A DNA stretch of 64,000 nucleotides from assembly GCA_049700835.1 (NCBI GenBank), contig JBNAUL010000001.1, positions 1 to 64,000 on the forward strand, in the 5' to 3' direction. The notes beneath the pieces were generated by a model. It made no database searches. It worked only from the letters and a program-made list of their open reading frames with translations, and had not been told where the DNA came from. This DNA comes from Candidatus Woesearchaeota archaeon. Lineage in GTDB: Archaea > Nanobdellota > Nanobdellia > Woesearchaeales > WAPY01. Positions 49,400 to 58,430 of the stretch are shown here, piece by piece. Position 1 is the first letter of the stretch, and every line of letters begins with the position of its first letter. A program made the translations under genes and the position numbers.

Positions 49400-50107
49400 A
49401 TGGGCTTTAAAATGGGAGAAAGAAAGTTAAGAAGGAGAGAAGTTTACAAAAAGAAGTACTTGATGACAGGAATATTTACGACTCTCATATTCCTCGTTGG
49501 ATTTTTCTTAGGAGTTATTGTTGACAATAAAAGGATTGAAAGCATAAGAACAAAAACAGAAGTTCAGGAAATAGACTTTGTTGATTTGCAACTCCAGTAT
49601 GATTACCTAAACAAGATTTTAGAACAAGAGGATAATTGTAAAGTTATGAAGGTAGCGCTCGAGAGTGCTGTCAAAAGGCTTGGCGAATCATTGTCAAAGA
49701 TTGAAAAATATGAGCAGGAAACAGCAACCAAAAACGAGGACTATGTGAGAATAAAAAAGAAGTATCTGCTTGACAACATAAGATATTGGAATATTGCAGA
49801 GAAAGCAAAGAAATACTGTAACTTGAGCATCTTGAGCATACTCTACTTTTACTCTGATCCATGCACTTCCTGCCCGAACCAAGGAGTTATACTAAGTTAC
49901 TACAAAAACATTTATGGAGATTCTCTTCTTATCTTTCCATTGGATACATCAATTCAGGACATAGGAATACTTAGAATGATTATATTAAAATACAACATAA
50001 CAGAATTCCCTTCCCTTGTAATAAACAATAAAGTTTATTCAGGAGTTGTCAATAAAGAAGAACTCAAAGAAATAATCTGCAATGAAACAGGATGGGATGG
50101 TTGCTGA
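49400..50107 (+). CDS. Membrane-anchored thioredoxin-fold protein
   Basis: N-terminal TM, helical region, LYFYS..CTSCP.QG and Y.I...PSLVIN. Confidence 0.65.
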   Translation: MGFKMGERKLRRREVYKKKYLMTGIFTTLIFLVGFFLGVIVDNKRIESIRTKTEVQEIDFVDLQLQYDYLNKILEQEDNCKVMKVALESAVKRLGESLSKIEKYEQETATKNEDYVRIKKKYLLDNIRYWNIAEKAKKYCNLSILSILYFYSDPCTSCPNQGVILSYYKNIYGDSLLIFPLDTSIQDIGILRMIILKYNITEFPSLVINNKVYSGVVNKEELKEIICNETGWDGC

Positions 50108-50138
50108 AAAACTTTTTTAAAACAAAAAACCAATAAAA

Positions 50139-51680
50139 ATGCTTAGAAGAATGATTAAAAAGGCATTAAAAAATTATTGCAGAACATGGTTCAATAATCG
50201 CTTCAACAATTTGTTCTTGATTTCTATTTTTTATTTTGCAATATTGATCCTGCTAATACTCTTGGGAAAGAGGGTTTTCTGGCCTGACGAAGGAATTTAC
50301 ATTGCTCTTGGAAAGTACATCTTCTCAAAAGGCAATTCTGGTTTGTTTGAACCATTTAGGCCGTTTTTATTGCCATTGCTCTTAGGCCTTTTTTGGAGAG
50401 TCGGGATAAACCCTTTAATTTTTGGTTATGTTTTTGAATTTGTAAGTGGTCTGGCATGCGTAATCTTAACTTGGGAGATATCAGAAAAACTCTTTGGAAA
50501 AAAATATGCACTAATCGCTTCGCTCTTCATAATAACAAACCTTCAATTCATAATAAATAGCACAAGAATAATTGCAGATGTTCCTGCTCTTGCATTTGCC
50601 ATAACAAGCATTTACTTCTTTTTAAACAGAAAATACTTTCTTTCAGGCTTATTTTCAGGAATGAGTTTCATGACAAGATTTACATATGGAATTCTGCCTG
50701 TAATGATGCTTGCTGTTTATTTTATAGAAAAAATGTATTGGAGTAAACTGAAAAACGAAAAAAGGAACAAAATTTATGTTAAGAAACTCTTTTTTGAAAT
50801 AATAAGTTTCATAACAGGATTAATAATAACAACTGCGCCATACTTCATATACAGCAAGATTTCATATGGAAGTTTAACTTGGACTTTGAGGAGCGCGAAT
50901 TGCATAGTAAAGAGTTATGCGTGGTTTGTTGAATACTCAGGATTTTTTACTTATCTAAAAAAACTCTTTATCAGCATGCCGTTAATAGTTCTATCCGTTT
51001 TAGGAATGTTGTGTTTTTTAATGGCTTTGCTCTCAAAGAAGGGCGTGCTTAAAAATTTTAAGGGCTCAGAGTTTACAGCATTTTCTTTGAGCGCACTCTG
51101 CTCGCTCTGCTTTTTGTTTTACATAATCTATTTTGGAATTTTTGTCAGGCAGGAAGCAAGATATGTTTTGCACACAATATTTTTCGCAGCCATGCTAATT
51201 GCTTTTGGAATGCGCTGTCTTGAGAAAAGATTAAATATATTGAATAAAAGTTTGTCAAAGATTTTCAACGCTGCTGTTGCAATTCTGATTTTGATTTCAG
51301 TTGCGTGGCAGTTAAATTACATAACAGACATTTACAAAGGAGAGTACTACTCAAAATCAGAAGGAGAACTTATAGAATTTCTTAGAAATAACATAAGAAA
51401 TGATGATTTTTTATTAACAACAACATTTGTTCCTGCAATCTATTTTGACAACAAGATGCTTGGATTTGCTTCTTACGACTATGCACTCGGAGTTCTTGAA
51501 CAGAACAAGTTTAGGAAGGGATTGATAATTGTAAACACATGCGCTTATGGCTGTGGTATAAATGATTATGAGTGCCAACTTAAAAGAGCAGAATTTTTAA
51601 GAGTGTTGGAAAAAGAAAAACTGATTTTTGAAACTAAAATAAACAGCGAATGCAGTTACAGGGTCTATGACAACAGATGA
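50139..51680 (+). CDS. GT39/ArnT-like membrane glycosyltransferase
   Basis: WPDEGIY, RPFLLP, DVP, F.TRF..G, QEARY. Confidence 0.8.
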   Translation: MLRRMIKKALKNYCRTWFNNRFNNLFLISIFYFAILILLILLGKRVFWPDEGIYIALGKYIFSKGNSGLFEPFRPFLLPLLLGLFWRVGINPLIFGYVFEFVSGLACVILTWEISEKLFGKKYALIASLFIITNLQFIINSTRIIADVPALAFAITSIYFFLNRKYFLSGLFSGMSFMTRFTYGILPVMMLAVYFIEKMYWSKLKNEKRNKIYVKKLFFEIISFITGLIITTAPYFIYSKISYGSLTWTLRSANCIVKSYAWFVEYSGFFTYLKKLFISMPLIVLSVLGMLCFLMALLSKKGVLKNFKGSEFTAFSLSALCSLCFLFYIIYFGIFVRQEARYVLHTIFFAAMLIAFGMRCLEKRLNILNKSLSKIFNAAVAILILISVAWQLNYITDIYKGEYYSKSEGELIEFLRNNIRNDDFLLTTTFVPAIYFDNKMLGFASYDYALGVLEQNKFRKGLIIVNTCAYGCGINDYECQLKRAEFLRVLEKEKLIFETKINSECSYRVYDNR

Positions 51681-51715
51681 GATAAACAAAAAAAGAAACA
51701 AATAAAGAACTTCAT

Positions 51716-52207
51716 TTAATCCTTTTTATCAGTGTTTTTTCTGCTCTTTTCTTTTACCTTTACCAAATCCCCAAAAGTCAATTCTTCTCTTGGTTCTTCT
51801 TTTTTGCCTATAGGAACTTCTTGAACTTCCTCTATCAACTTTACATGCAATAACCTTTCCAACCTCTTTGCTGTTTCCAAATCCGGCTCTGCCTGAAATG
51901 TTTCAAGCTTGTGAACAAATGATTCTTTCAGAGAGAGTTTTTTAGCAAATTCCTCAATCTTCATGTTAGAATTTTCTCTTGCTTTTCTTATAATGTTTCC
52001 ATAATCGCTCCTTATAAAAAATTCCTTTTCAGCAGCAGGTTCCTTTGGTTTCTTTACAACCACAAAATCCTTGTTCTTTGGATCTTCATTAACAACAGAA
52101 ATTACATTTCCAAGAGAAGAGCACTCCTTGCAAACCTTTAGTTTTGAACCTTCAATCATTGTTAAATATATCTTTTCTGTTTCTTTGCCGCAGATTTCGC
52201 ATTGCAT
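51716..52207 (-). CDS. mbf1: Archaeal multiprotein bridging factor MBF1 (Zn ribbon + HTH)
   Basis: CEICG...IEGS.L.VC..C, DYG..IR.ARE, LTFGD. Confidence 0.93.
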   Translation of the reverse strand: MQCEICGKETEKIYLTMIEGSKLKVCKECSSLGNVISVVNEDPKNKDFVVVKKPKEPAAEKEFFIRSDYGNIIRKARENSNMKIEEFAKKLSLKESFVHKLETFQAEPDLETAKRLERLLHVKLIEEVQEVPIGKKEEPREELTFGDLVKVKEKSRKNTDKKD

Positions 52208-52222
52208 TTAAACCACCCAAAC

Positions 52223-52627
52223 TTATAAGAGTTCAAAAAACACCCTTCTTGTTCTTGGGCCATCAAATTCCATTAAAAAGACTCTTTGGTATTCTCCTAA
52301 AAACAATCTTGAATCCTTCACAGGAATCAAAAGATGAGTGTTGAAAAAACACGACTTTATGTGGGCTGAAGCATTGTTGTCAATTGCATTGTGCAAATAA
52401 TTGCGTTCAGGAACAACTGACTTCAGGTTGTTCAAGATATCTTTGACAAGGTTTCTGTCTAAACCCTCATTTATCAGCAAAGAAGCTGTTGTGTGCAAAA
52501 CGAACAGCAAGCAAACTTTTGAATCTTTATTGCATTTCTTAATGTTGGAGTTAATGATATTTGTTATGTCTATGGCTTCTTCCTTGGATTTTGTTTTTAT
52601 TTCTATTATCATAAAATTTATTATCAT
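52223..52627 (-). CDS. yjbQ: UPF0047/YjbQ family protein
   Basis: HTTASL.INE, NA.AHIK, LG.YQ.....EFDGPR.R. Confidence 0.92.
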   Translation of the reverse strand: MIINFMIIEIKTKSKEEAIDITNIINSNIKKCNKDSKVCLLFVLHTTASLLINEGLDRNLVKDILNNLKSVVPERNYLHNAIDNNASAHIKSCFFNTHLLIPVKDSRLFLGEYQRVFLMEFDGPRTRRVFFELL

Positions 52628-52693
52628 AAAAATTATTTCATGCGTGTTTTTGCAGTGTTTTATGCATTTTTGTTATTGTATTGTTTTTTGTTC

Positions 52694-53350
52694 TTAAATA
52701 TTTTTTCTAAGATTTATTCTTCCTGAAAAAAACGATATCAAAAGGTAAAATGCTATCAAAAGCCCTGCAAAAATCAAGAGTTCTTTGCTGATTTTAAAAA
52801 AGCGCGTTGCTAGCGTTGCTCCTCTGCTAAAGCTGCTCAATACTTCTGCTTGCTCAGAACCTGACTTAAGGGCTTGAACTGGTGCTTGGACAGTACTAAC
52901 GCTGCTTACAAATTCCTGCTTTAAGTTTTGGGCGGTTTTGCTGAAAAAATTTAAGTTCAAATATTCTATGAATTCAAGAGAGATAAAGGAGAGCAGCGCT
53001 GCTGTCAAAATTTTTGAAAACTCCTTAACCAAAGAGCGCTCTTCTATTCTGTGCGCAAATATCACATACTGCTTTGAAACAGAATAATGATTTATCTCCT
53101 TTCCTTTCTTGCTGTAATGGTATTCCTGCACTTCTATTAAACCTGAATTCAGCAATTTTTTCACATTGTAATGGACTGTTGACAATGGAAGTTTGAGTTC
53201 TTCAGCAATTCCTGATTCTGTCAATGTTTTGCTCGAAAGCAGTTTAAGTATGCTCCTCGATGTTTTGTTGCTTATAACCTCTGCAACTTTTGAAATCCTT
53301 TCATCATCAAGCGAAAGCAGCAAAAATTGTTTGTCCTGAATTTTGTTCAT
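52694..53350 (-). CDS. ArsR-type wHTH regulator with C-terminal TM segments
   Basis: SR.IL.LL....LTES.IA.EL..PLSTV.Y....L...GL, YS.KG; hydrophobic C-terminal segments. Likely ATG 53350 (track 53446). Confidence 0.75.
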   Translation of the reverse strand: MNKIQDKQFLLLSLDDERISKVAEVISNKTSRSILKLLSSKTLTESGIAEELKLPLSTVHYNVKKLLNSGLIEVQEYHYSKKGKEINHYSVSKQYVIFAHRIEERSLVKEFSKILTAALLSFISLEFIEYLNLNFFSKTAQNLKQEFVSSVSTVQAPVQALKSGSEQAEVLSSFSRGATLATRFFKISKELLIFAGLLIAFYLLISFFSGRINLRKNI

Positions 53351-53463
53351 AGTTTTGCGTAATGCTTCATTATTTAAAAAATATTTGTTTTGTTTTAAAA
53401 AGAATTCAAAAAACAAAGGAGAAAGGGAAAATTTAAAAACAGGCAAACAACAAATTTTATCTG

Positions 53464-54429
53464 ATGGAAAAAAAGAGGGACTTGATAAGAATCAGAGAAA
53501 TTAGTTTTAGATATGAGAAGTTATCTGTTCTGAAAGATTTAAACATAACAATCCAAGAGCAAGAAATCTTTGGAATAGTAGGAATGAGCGGAGTTGGCAA
53601 AACAACCCTGCTCAACATCATAATAGGGTTTTTAAAACCAGAGAGCGGAGAGATTGATTACAGAATAAACAGCAGGTTCATAAACATACATGAAAACATA
53701 AAATTGATAAGGGACTGTTTTGGATTTTCTTCTCAAAAACCATCTTTCTACAACGAACTCACTGTAAAACAAAATCTTGAATACTTTGCTTCTTTGTACA
53801 ACCTTAACAAAGAAACAAAAAAAGAAAACATTGAAAGGGCTCTTGAGCTCGTTGATTTAAAAGATTCCAAGAACAAGCTTGCAGGAGAACTCTCAGGAGG
53901 AATGCAGAAGAGGCTTGACATTGCCTGTTCAATAATTCATAAACCAAGAGTTCTTATAATGGACGAGCCAACAGCAGATTTAGATGTTTTTAACAGAGAA
54001 AAGATTTGGAATCTGATAAGGAGAATAAACGAGGTTGGAACAACAATAATAATTGCATCCCATTTTTTGGAAGAACTTGAAATTATCTGTTCACGAATTG
54101 GAATACTGCATGAAAAGAGAATGCTCGCAGTTGGAAGCATAGAAGAACTAAAGAAGGTGTATTCAAGCGCAAAAACCATACACCTGAAAACAAAAAACAT
54201 GAGATACGATTTAATTCTTGAGAAACTTAGAAAGTTTTCCTTGTTTGAAATCAGGAGGATAGAATCTGAACCTGAAAAACTTGTAATCTCAACTGAAAAT
54301 GTTGAAGAAACAATGAGGAACTTGATGACTGCAATAAGGGAGCTTGATGACAGGATTGTACATGTCAGCGTGCTTGAACCTCGTCTAGGGGACATCTTTG
54401 AGAGAATAATAACAAAAAATAAAACATAA
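53464..54429 (+). CDS. ABC-2 exporter ATP-binding protein
   Basis: GMSGVGKT, LSGGMQ, LIMDEPT, ASH. Confidence 0.93.
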   Translation: MEKKRDLIRIREISFRYEKLSVLKDLNITIQEQEIFGIVGMSGVGKTTLLNIIIGFLKPESGEIDYRINSRFINIHENIKLIRDCFGFSSQKPSFYNELTVKQNLEYFASLYNLNKETKKENIERALELVDLKDSKNKLAGELSGGMQKRLDIACSIIHKPRVLIMDEPTADLDVFNREKIWNLIRRINEVGTTIIIASHFLEELEIICSRIGILHEKRMLAVGSIEELKKVYSSAKTIHLKTKNMRYDLILEKLRKFSLFEIRRIESEPEKLVISTENVEETMRNLMTAIRELDDRIVHVSVLEPRLGDIFERIITKNKT

Positions 54430-54437
54430 GAATAAAA

Positions 54438-56147
54438 ATGAAACTATTCCAAATAATAAAAAAGAACATAAGGATACTTGTAAAATCAAAATCAACTTTG
54501 CTCACAATGATTTTAGGCCCTCTATTGGTAATGTTTCTCCTTGGGCTTGCTTTTGACAATGCAAACATATACAGAATAAACATTGGAGTTTACTTCAATG
54601 AAAAGAATAACCTGACCGAATCCTTTGTGGACAAACTTGAAACAAAGTTCAGGGTTGTGGAATATGAAAACCCTGAAAAGTGCATTGAAAGCATAAAACT
54701 TGAGACAATAAACACATGCATTATTTTTCCTGAAAACATGAGCATAGAAGAAAACAAAACAAACGAAGTTCAGTTCTATGTTGATTACTCTAAAATAAAC
54801 CTTGTTTGGATGATTAGGGATGTAATAATGAGCAGTTTAGAGGAGAGAAGCGAGGAGATAACCCAAGATTTAACAAACCAACTGCTTGAAAAGATTGAAA
54901 GAATTGAAAAAGAGGTCAAGGAAAAGCAGCCAATTCTTATAGAAATGACAACCATAAACAACCTGCTGAGCGAGAATGCAAAGAGCGTGCAGGCAAAATT
55001 GAATGAATTGGATGTAAGTTTCAATCCAAGTTCTTTCAAAGCCAGCGAAATAAAAGAACAGATTGCAAAGTTAAAGACATTGAGTTCTGATTCAATAGGC
55101 AGCTCCAACGACACCTTAAACTACATAAAATCCGTTGTTTCCTCTTCCAATCTTTCCTCATCTGAGAAGAATTCAATCAACAACAAAATTTTGGAAGCAC
55201 AAGATGAGTTGAGCAATATAAAGTCAGCGGTAAATAACATTTACAATAATGAAAATTCTGGAGAGCTTAACATCTTGATGAGCAACCTTGCTTCAAGGAT
55301 CTCTGAAGTTGAGAAAAAGTTTGAAGCAATCAACAAAACCCTGCAGAATGCAAGCAAGAGCTTGGATTACTCAAAAACCAAACTTTCAGAGGGGCTTTTA
55401 GGAATAATAAAATTGCAAGAAGGTTTCAACAACATAAACAAGGAAATAAGAAGCATAGAAATAAGAAGTGCTGAAAAGATAGTCAAACCAATAACAATAA
55501 CAATAAAACCGCTGAGTTATAAAAAGACCCATTTAAATTTTCTGTTCCCAACATTGGTAACAATAGTTTTAATGTTTGTAAGCATAATGCTGAGCTCTCT
55601 GATGGTTGTCATTGAAAAGAACTCTCCTGCATACTTTAGAAATTGCATAAGTCCTACGCACCAAAGCCTGTTCTCAATAGCAACTATAATAACAACTATT
55701 TTGGTTGTGATGCCACAATTCCTTATTCTGTTCTGCATAGCAATGATTTATGTAAAAACAGAGTTGATAGCAAGTTTTTGGAGTTCATTTGCAATAGCTC
55801 TTCTAAGCATAATTGTTTTCACATTAATAGGAATGCTTATTGCCCAATTCTTTAAAAGAGAAGAAACTGCAATGGTTGCTGCGCTCATAATTAGCACTCT
55901 ATTCTTGTTTTTATCTAACACCATAATTCCAATTGAAAGCATGAACATAGTTCTTGCGAAGATAGCAAACTACAGCCCCTTTGTCATTTCAGAATTTCTC
56001 TTCAGGCACAGCTTGATATTCCAAACAAAACTCATTAATGTTTTATTTCAGTTAGAAATTCTCTGTTTATACATACTTATTCTGTTTGCAGTTGTGCTGG
56101 CAAAGGACTTTGCTTTTAATAGAAACCATAAGAAGATAAAAACATAA
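54438..56147 (+). CDS. ABC-2 type permease with large extracellular coiled-coil domain
   Basis: N-terminal TM, ~330-aa extracellular helical region, 5 C-terminal TM segments, S..I.P.E.M motif. Confidence 0.85.
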   Translation: MKLFQIIKKNIRILVKSKSTLLTMILGPLLVMFLLGLAFDNANIYRINIGVYFNEKNNLTESFVDKLETKFRVVEYENPEKCIESIKLETINTCIIFPENMSIEENKTNEVQFYVDYSKINLVWMIRDVIMSSLEERSEEITQDLTNQLLEKIERIEKEVKEKQPILIEMTTINNLLSENAKSVQAKLNELDVSFNPSSFKASEIKEQIAKLKTLSSDSIGSSNDTLNYIKSVVSSSNLSSSEKNSINNKILEAQDELSNIKSAVNNIYNNENSGELNILMSNLASRISEVEKKFEAINKTLQNASKSLDYSKTKLSEGLLGIIKLQEGFNNINKEIRSIEIRSAEKIVKPITITIKPLSYKKTHLNFLFPTLVTIVLMFVSIMLSSLMVVIEKNSPAYFRNCISPTHQSLFSIATIITTILVVMPQFLILFCIAMIYVKTELIASFWSSFAIALLSIIVFTLIGMLIAQFFKREETAMVAALIISTLFLFLSNTIIPIESMNIVLAKIANYSPFVISEFLFRHSLIFQTKLINVLFQLEILCLYILILFAVVLAKDFAFNRNHKKIKT

Positions 56148-57232
56148 AACATAATTAAAACAAAAAAAATTTTGGGTTAATTTTCTTAGTGGTTATAAAG
56201 CAAAAGTGTTAAGAAGCGTACATGTTAAGAACAGTTCTGCTAAAAATAAGAAACTCCAACAACAGTGATTTTACAACAAAATGAAAAAATAAAAAACAAC
56301 AAAGAAAACAACAAAGAGAAAAGATAATAATTATGATGTCAAAACAAGATGCTTGGATAGGCATAAGATTTAACGAAAATATTCAACAGAAACAGCAAAA
56401 GCAGTTCTTAAAGACCATATAATATAGAATAAGGATGAACGAGGATGAACGCACTTAAGAAAAATTCATTTATAAATTAAAATTTAGATTTATCAGCAAA
56501 TGATTATAGAATTATGGGCACCATAATCTTTGGCGTTTTAAAAGTTTTTGGTTTATTTTTGCATAAAAATTCACTTTTTGAATATAAAAACATATAAAAA
56601 CTATTTTTATTAACTTTTTATTAAATATTTAAACAGCAAAATCAATAAAAATGTAATTTTTTGTTGATTTTTTGCGATTTTTGTTGCAATTTTCGTGTTT
56701 TAAAGTAAACAAAGCAAATCTTATAGAAAACTCTCACTTTTTATGAATAAAAATCTTATTATTGTTGGCTAAACTTTATTAAAAATACGTATTTTAAAAA
56801 TTATCAAAAATATCATTAAAAATCTCTAAATCCCTGGTTTAAAACTCATAAAACAATAACAAAAAGTGAGAAAACTAAGATTATTGCATTCTGTTGAGAT
56901 TCTTGTACTTAACAGGGACTTAACAAGGCTTAACAGAGTTTTAGAACAAAATTCTGTATAAAAAATCCAAAATGCAATTTTTAACATAAAATTGTTTTGT
57001 GATATGTATTTTATTTAACAACAATTGTATTTATTATTTATTAATATATCTTTTAAAATTATTATTATAAAATATAATAGTTGCATTTGGTTGCTCTGAT
57101 TTTAAGTAATTATTAAAAAGTAAATAAAATAAAATTGTTTGTTCAGTTTGTTTAATCAAGTTGCGCAAAGGTGTTTTTTTCAACAAATCTTTTTTAAAAT
57201 TCTTTTTATATTTTGTTTTTTTCGCGCTTAAA

Positions 57233-57303
57233 ATCATGTCCTGATGTGTCCTTGTCATGTCCCGATCATGTCCCGATCATGTCCTTTTTTCAGGACATGT
57301 CCT
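57233..57303. repeat. Iteron-like array A: five phased ATCATGTCC-type units plus palindrome AGGACATGTCCT
   Basis: TGTCC cores at 57237, 57247, 57258, 57269 and 57280; perfect 12-bp palindrome at 57292-57303. Confidence 0.9.
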
Positions 57304-57347
57304 TAAAAAACAAAGGACAAAAACAGCAAAAGAAGAAATTTCTTTTT

Positions 57348-58109
57348 TTATCTTCCTGAAATCTTTAATTTCATTTCTTCTGTAAGATAAAATGCCTTTT
57401 CTTTTGAAGAAACAAGTTTGTCATTTATACCAAAACCCTTCTTCCTAAGTTCGTAAATTGAATTCCTTATTGTTTTTTCTTCTCTGCCCAACATCCTCGA
57501 CAAATCCGCATATGTCAATGGAGAATCTGATTCATATAAAATTTTTAGCAAGCTCTTTTCTGTTACTGAAAGTTCATTTTCATCGCGAAATTCTGCAATT
57601 CTTTTTTTAACAACAAAATTCTTTGATTTTTTGAGTTCCCTATCAAAAAATTCTTTTTCAAACAAGAAAACCCTGTCTTTTCTCACGTCCTGATATGTCC
57701 CAATCATGTCCCGATCATGTCCCGACATGTCCTTATCATGTCCTGACGCGTCCTTTTTTTTGGAAAGCTCTGATTTTATTGCTTCAAACAACTCTCTTAT
57801 GTCATTGTGAACTTTTTTGATTTCAGCTATTTCATATTCCAAGCCCCTTTTCTCTTCAGATATTTTTAATGATGAAACATTGCTTTCAAGAAGAGCTGTC
57901 TTTTTCTCAATTTCATTCAACCTTGAAACAAGAGAATCTAGTCTTTTGTTCTGCTCATCAACCAAAACCCTTATTTCGGCATGTTCTGATTCGTTCTTTA
58001 GAATCTTTGCATTAAAGAAATCTATCCAAAGTTTTACATTAAAAAACTCTGCCTTTATTTTTAAAAATGCTGCTTTTAGGGCTTGATTTATGTTTTCTAA
58101 GCTTGGCAT
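57348..58109 (-). CDS. Coiled-coil plus C-terminal winged-helix DNA-binding protein of unknown function
   Basis: N-terminal coiled coil; C-terminal LS.TEK.LL.ILY....LTY.DL...LG....TIRN.I..LR.KG plus beta wing. Likely ATG 58109 (track 58160). Confidence 0.75.
   Translation of the reverse strand: MPSLENINQALKAAFLKIKAEFFNVKLWIDFFNAKILKNESEHAEIRVLVDEQNKRLDSLVSRLNEIEKKTALLESNVSSLKISEEKRGLEYEIAEIKKVHNDIRELFEAIKSELSKKKDASGHDKDMSGHDRDMIGTYQDVRKDRVFLFEKEFFDRELKKSKNFVVKKRIAEFRDENELSVTEKSLLKILYESDSPLTYADLSRMLGREEKTIRNSIYELRKKGFGINDKLVSSKEKAFYLTEEMKLKISGR
57684..57753. repeat. Iteron-like array B, inside the wHTH gene: seven phased units
   Basis: YGTCC cores at 57686, 57696, 57707, 57718, 57728, 57739 and 57749 (mean spacing 10.5 bp). 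Confidence 0.9.
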
Positions 58110-58430
58110 AATCAAAAAATAAACGCTTAGATTTAAAATCTTTTTGTTTTTTAAAATCATTTTTGGGCACCATAAATTTATTGATTTTGCAGTTTGTTTA
58201 TGAAAAGTGAGAGTTGGCTATTATGTTTTTTGGATTTATAATAAAAGTTTACTGAATATACTGCTGAATATACTAATAAACAATAAAAATAATAATGCAA
58301 AATACATTTTTGAAAACATATCTTATTTTACATTTTTGGTTTATTTTTTATTTTTGTCAAAAAACCGTTTAAATATGGTTTAAATATGGTTTTAATAAGC
58401 TTTATAAATAAAGAAATAATAGATTTTTTT

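Noticed and set aside
56148..57232. Canonical ORB/mini-ORB or dif site
   Set aside because: Only one weak mini-ORB-like match (ATTCAACAGAAAC near 56381), no G-string, no cdc6 neighbour; GGGCACCATAA lacks a matching second dif arm.
57034..57258. 74-aa minus-strand ORF starting in array A
   Set aside because: Its ATG comes from the repeat itself and the rest is low-complexity AT-rich translation with no RBS.
57233..57753. Repeat arrays as a CRISPR array or a DGR template/variable repeat pair
   Set aside because: Units are 10-11 bp with no spacers; differences between copies are not adenine-specific; no cas or reverse transcriptase gene in the window.
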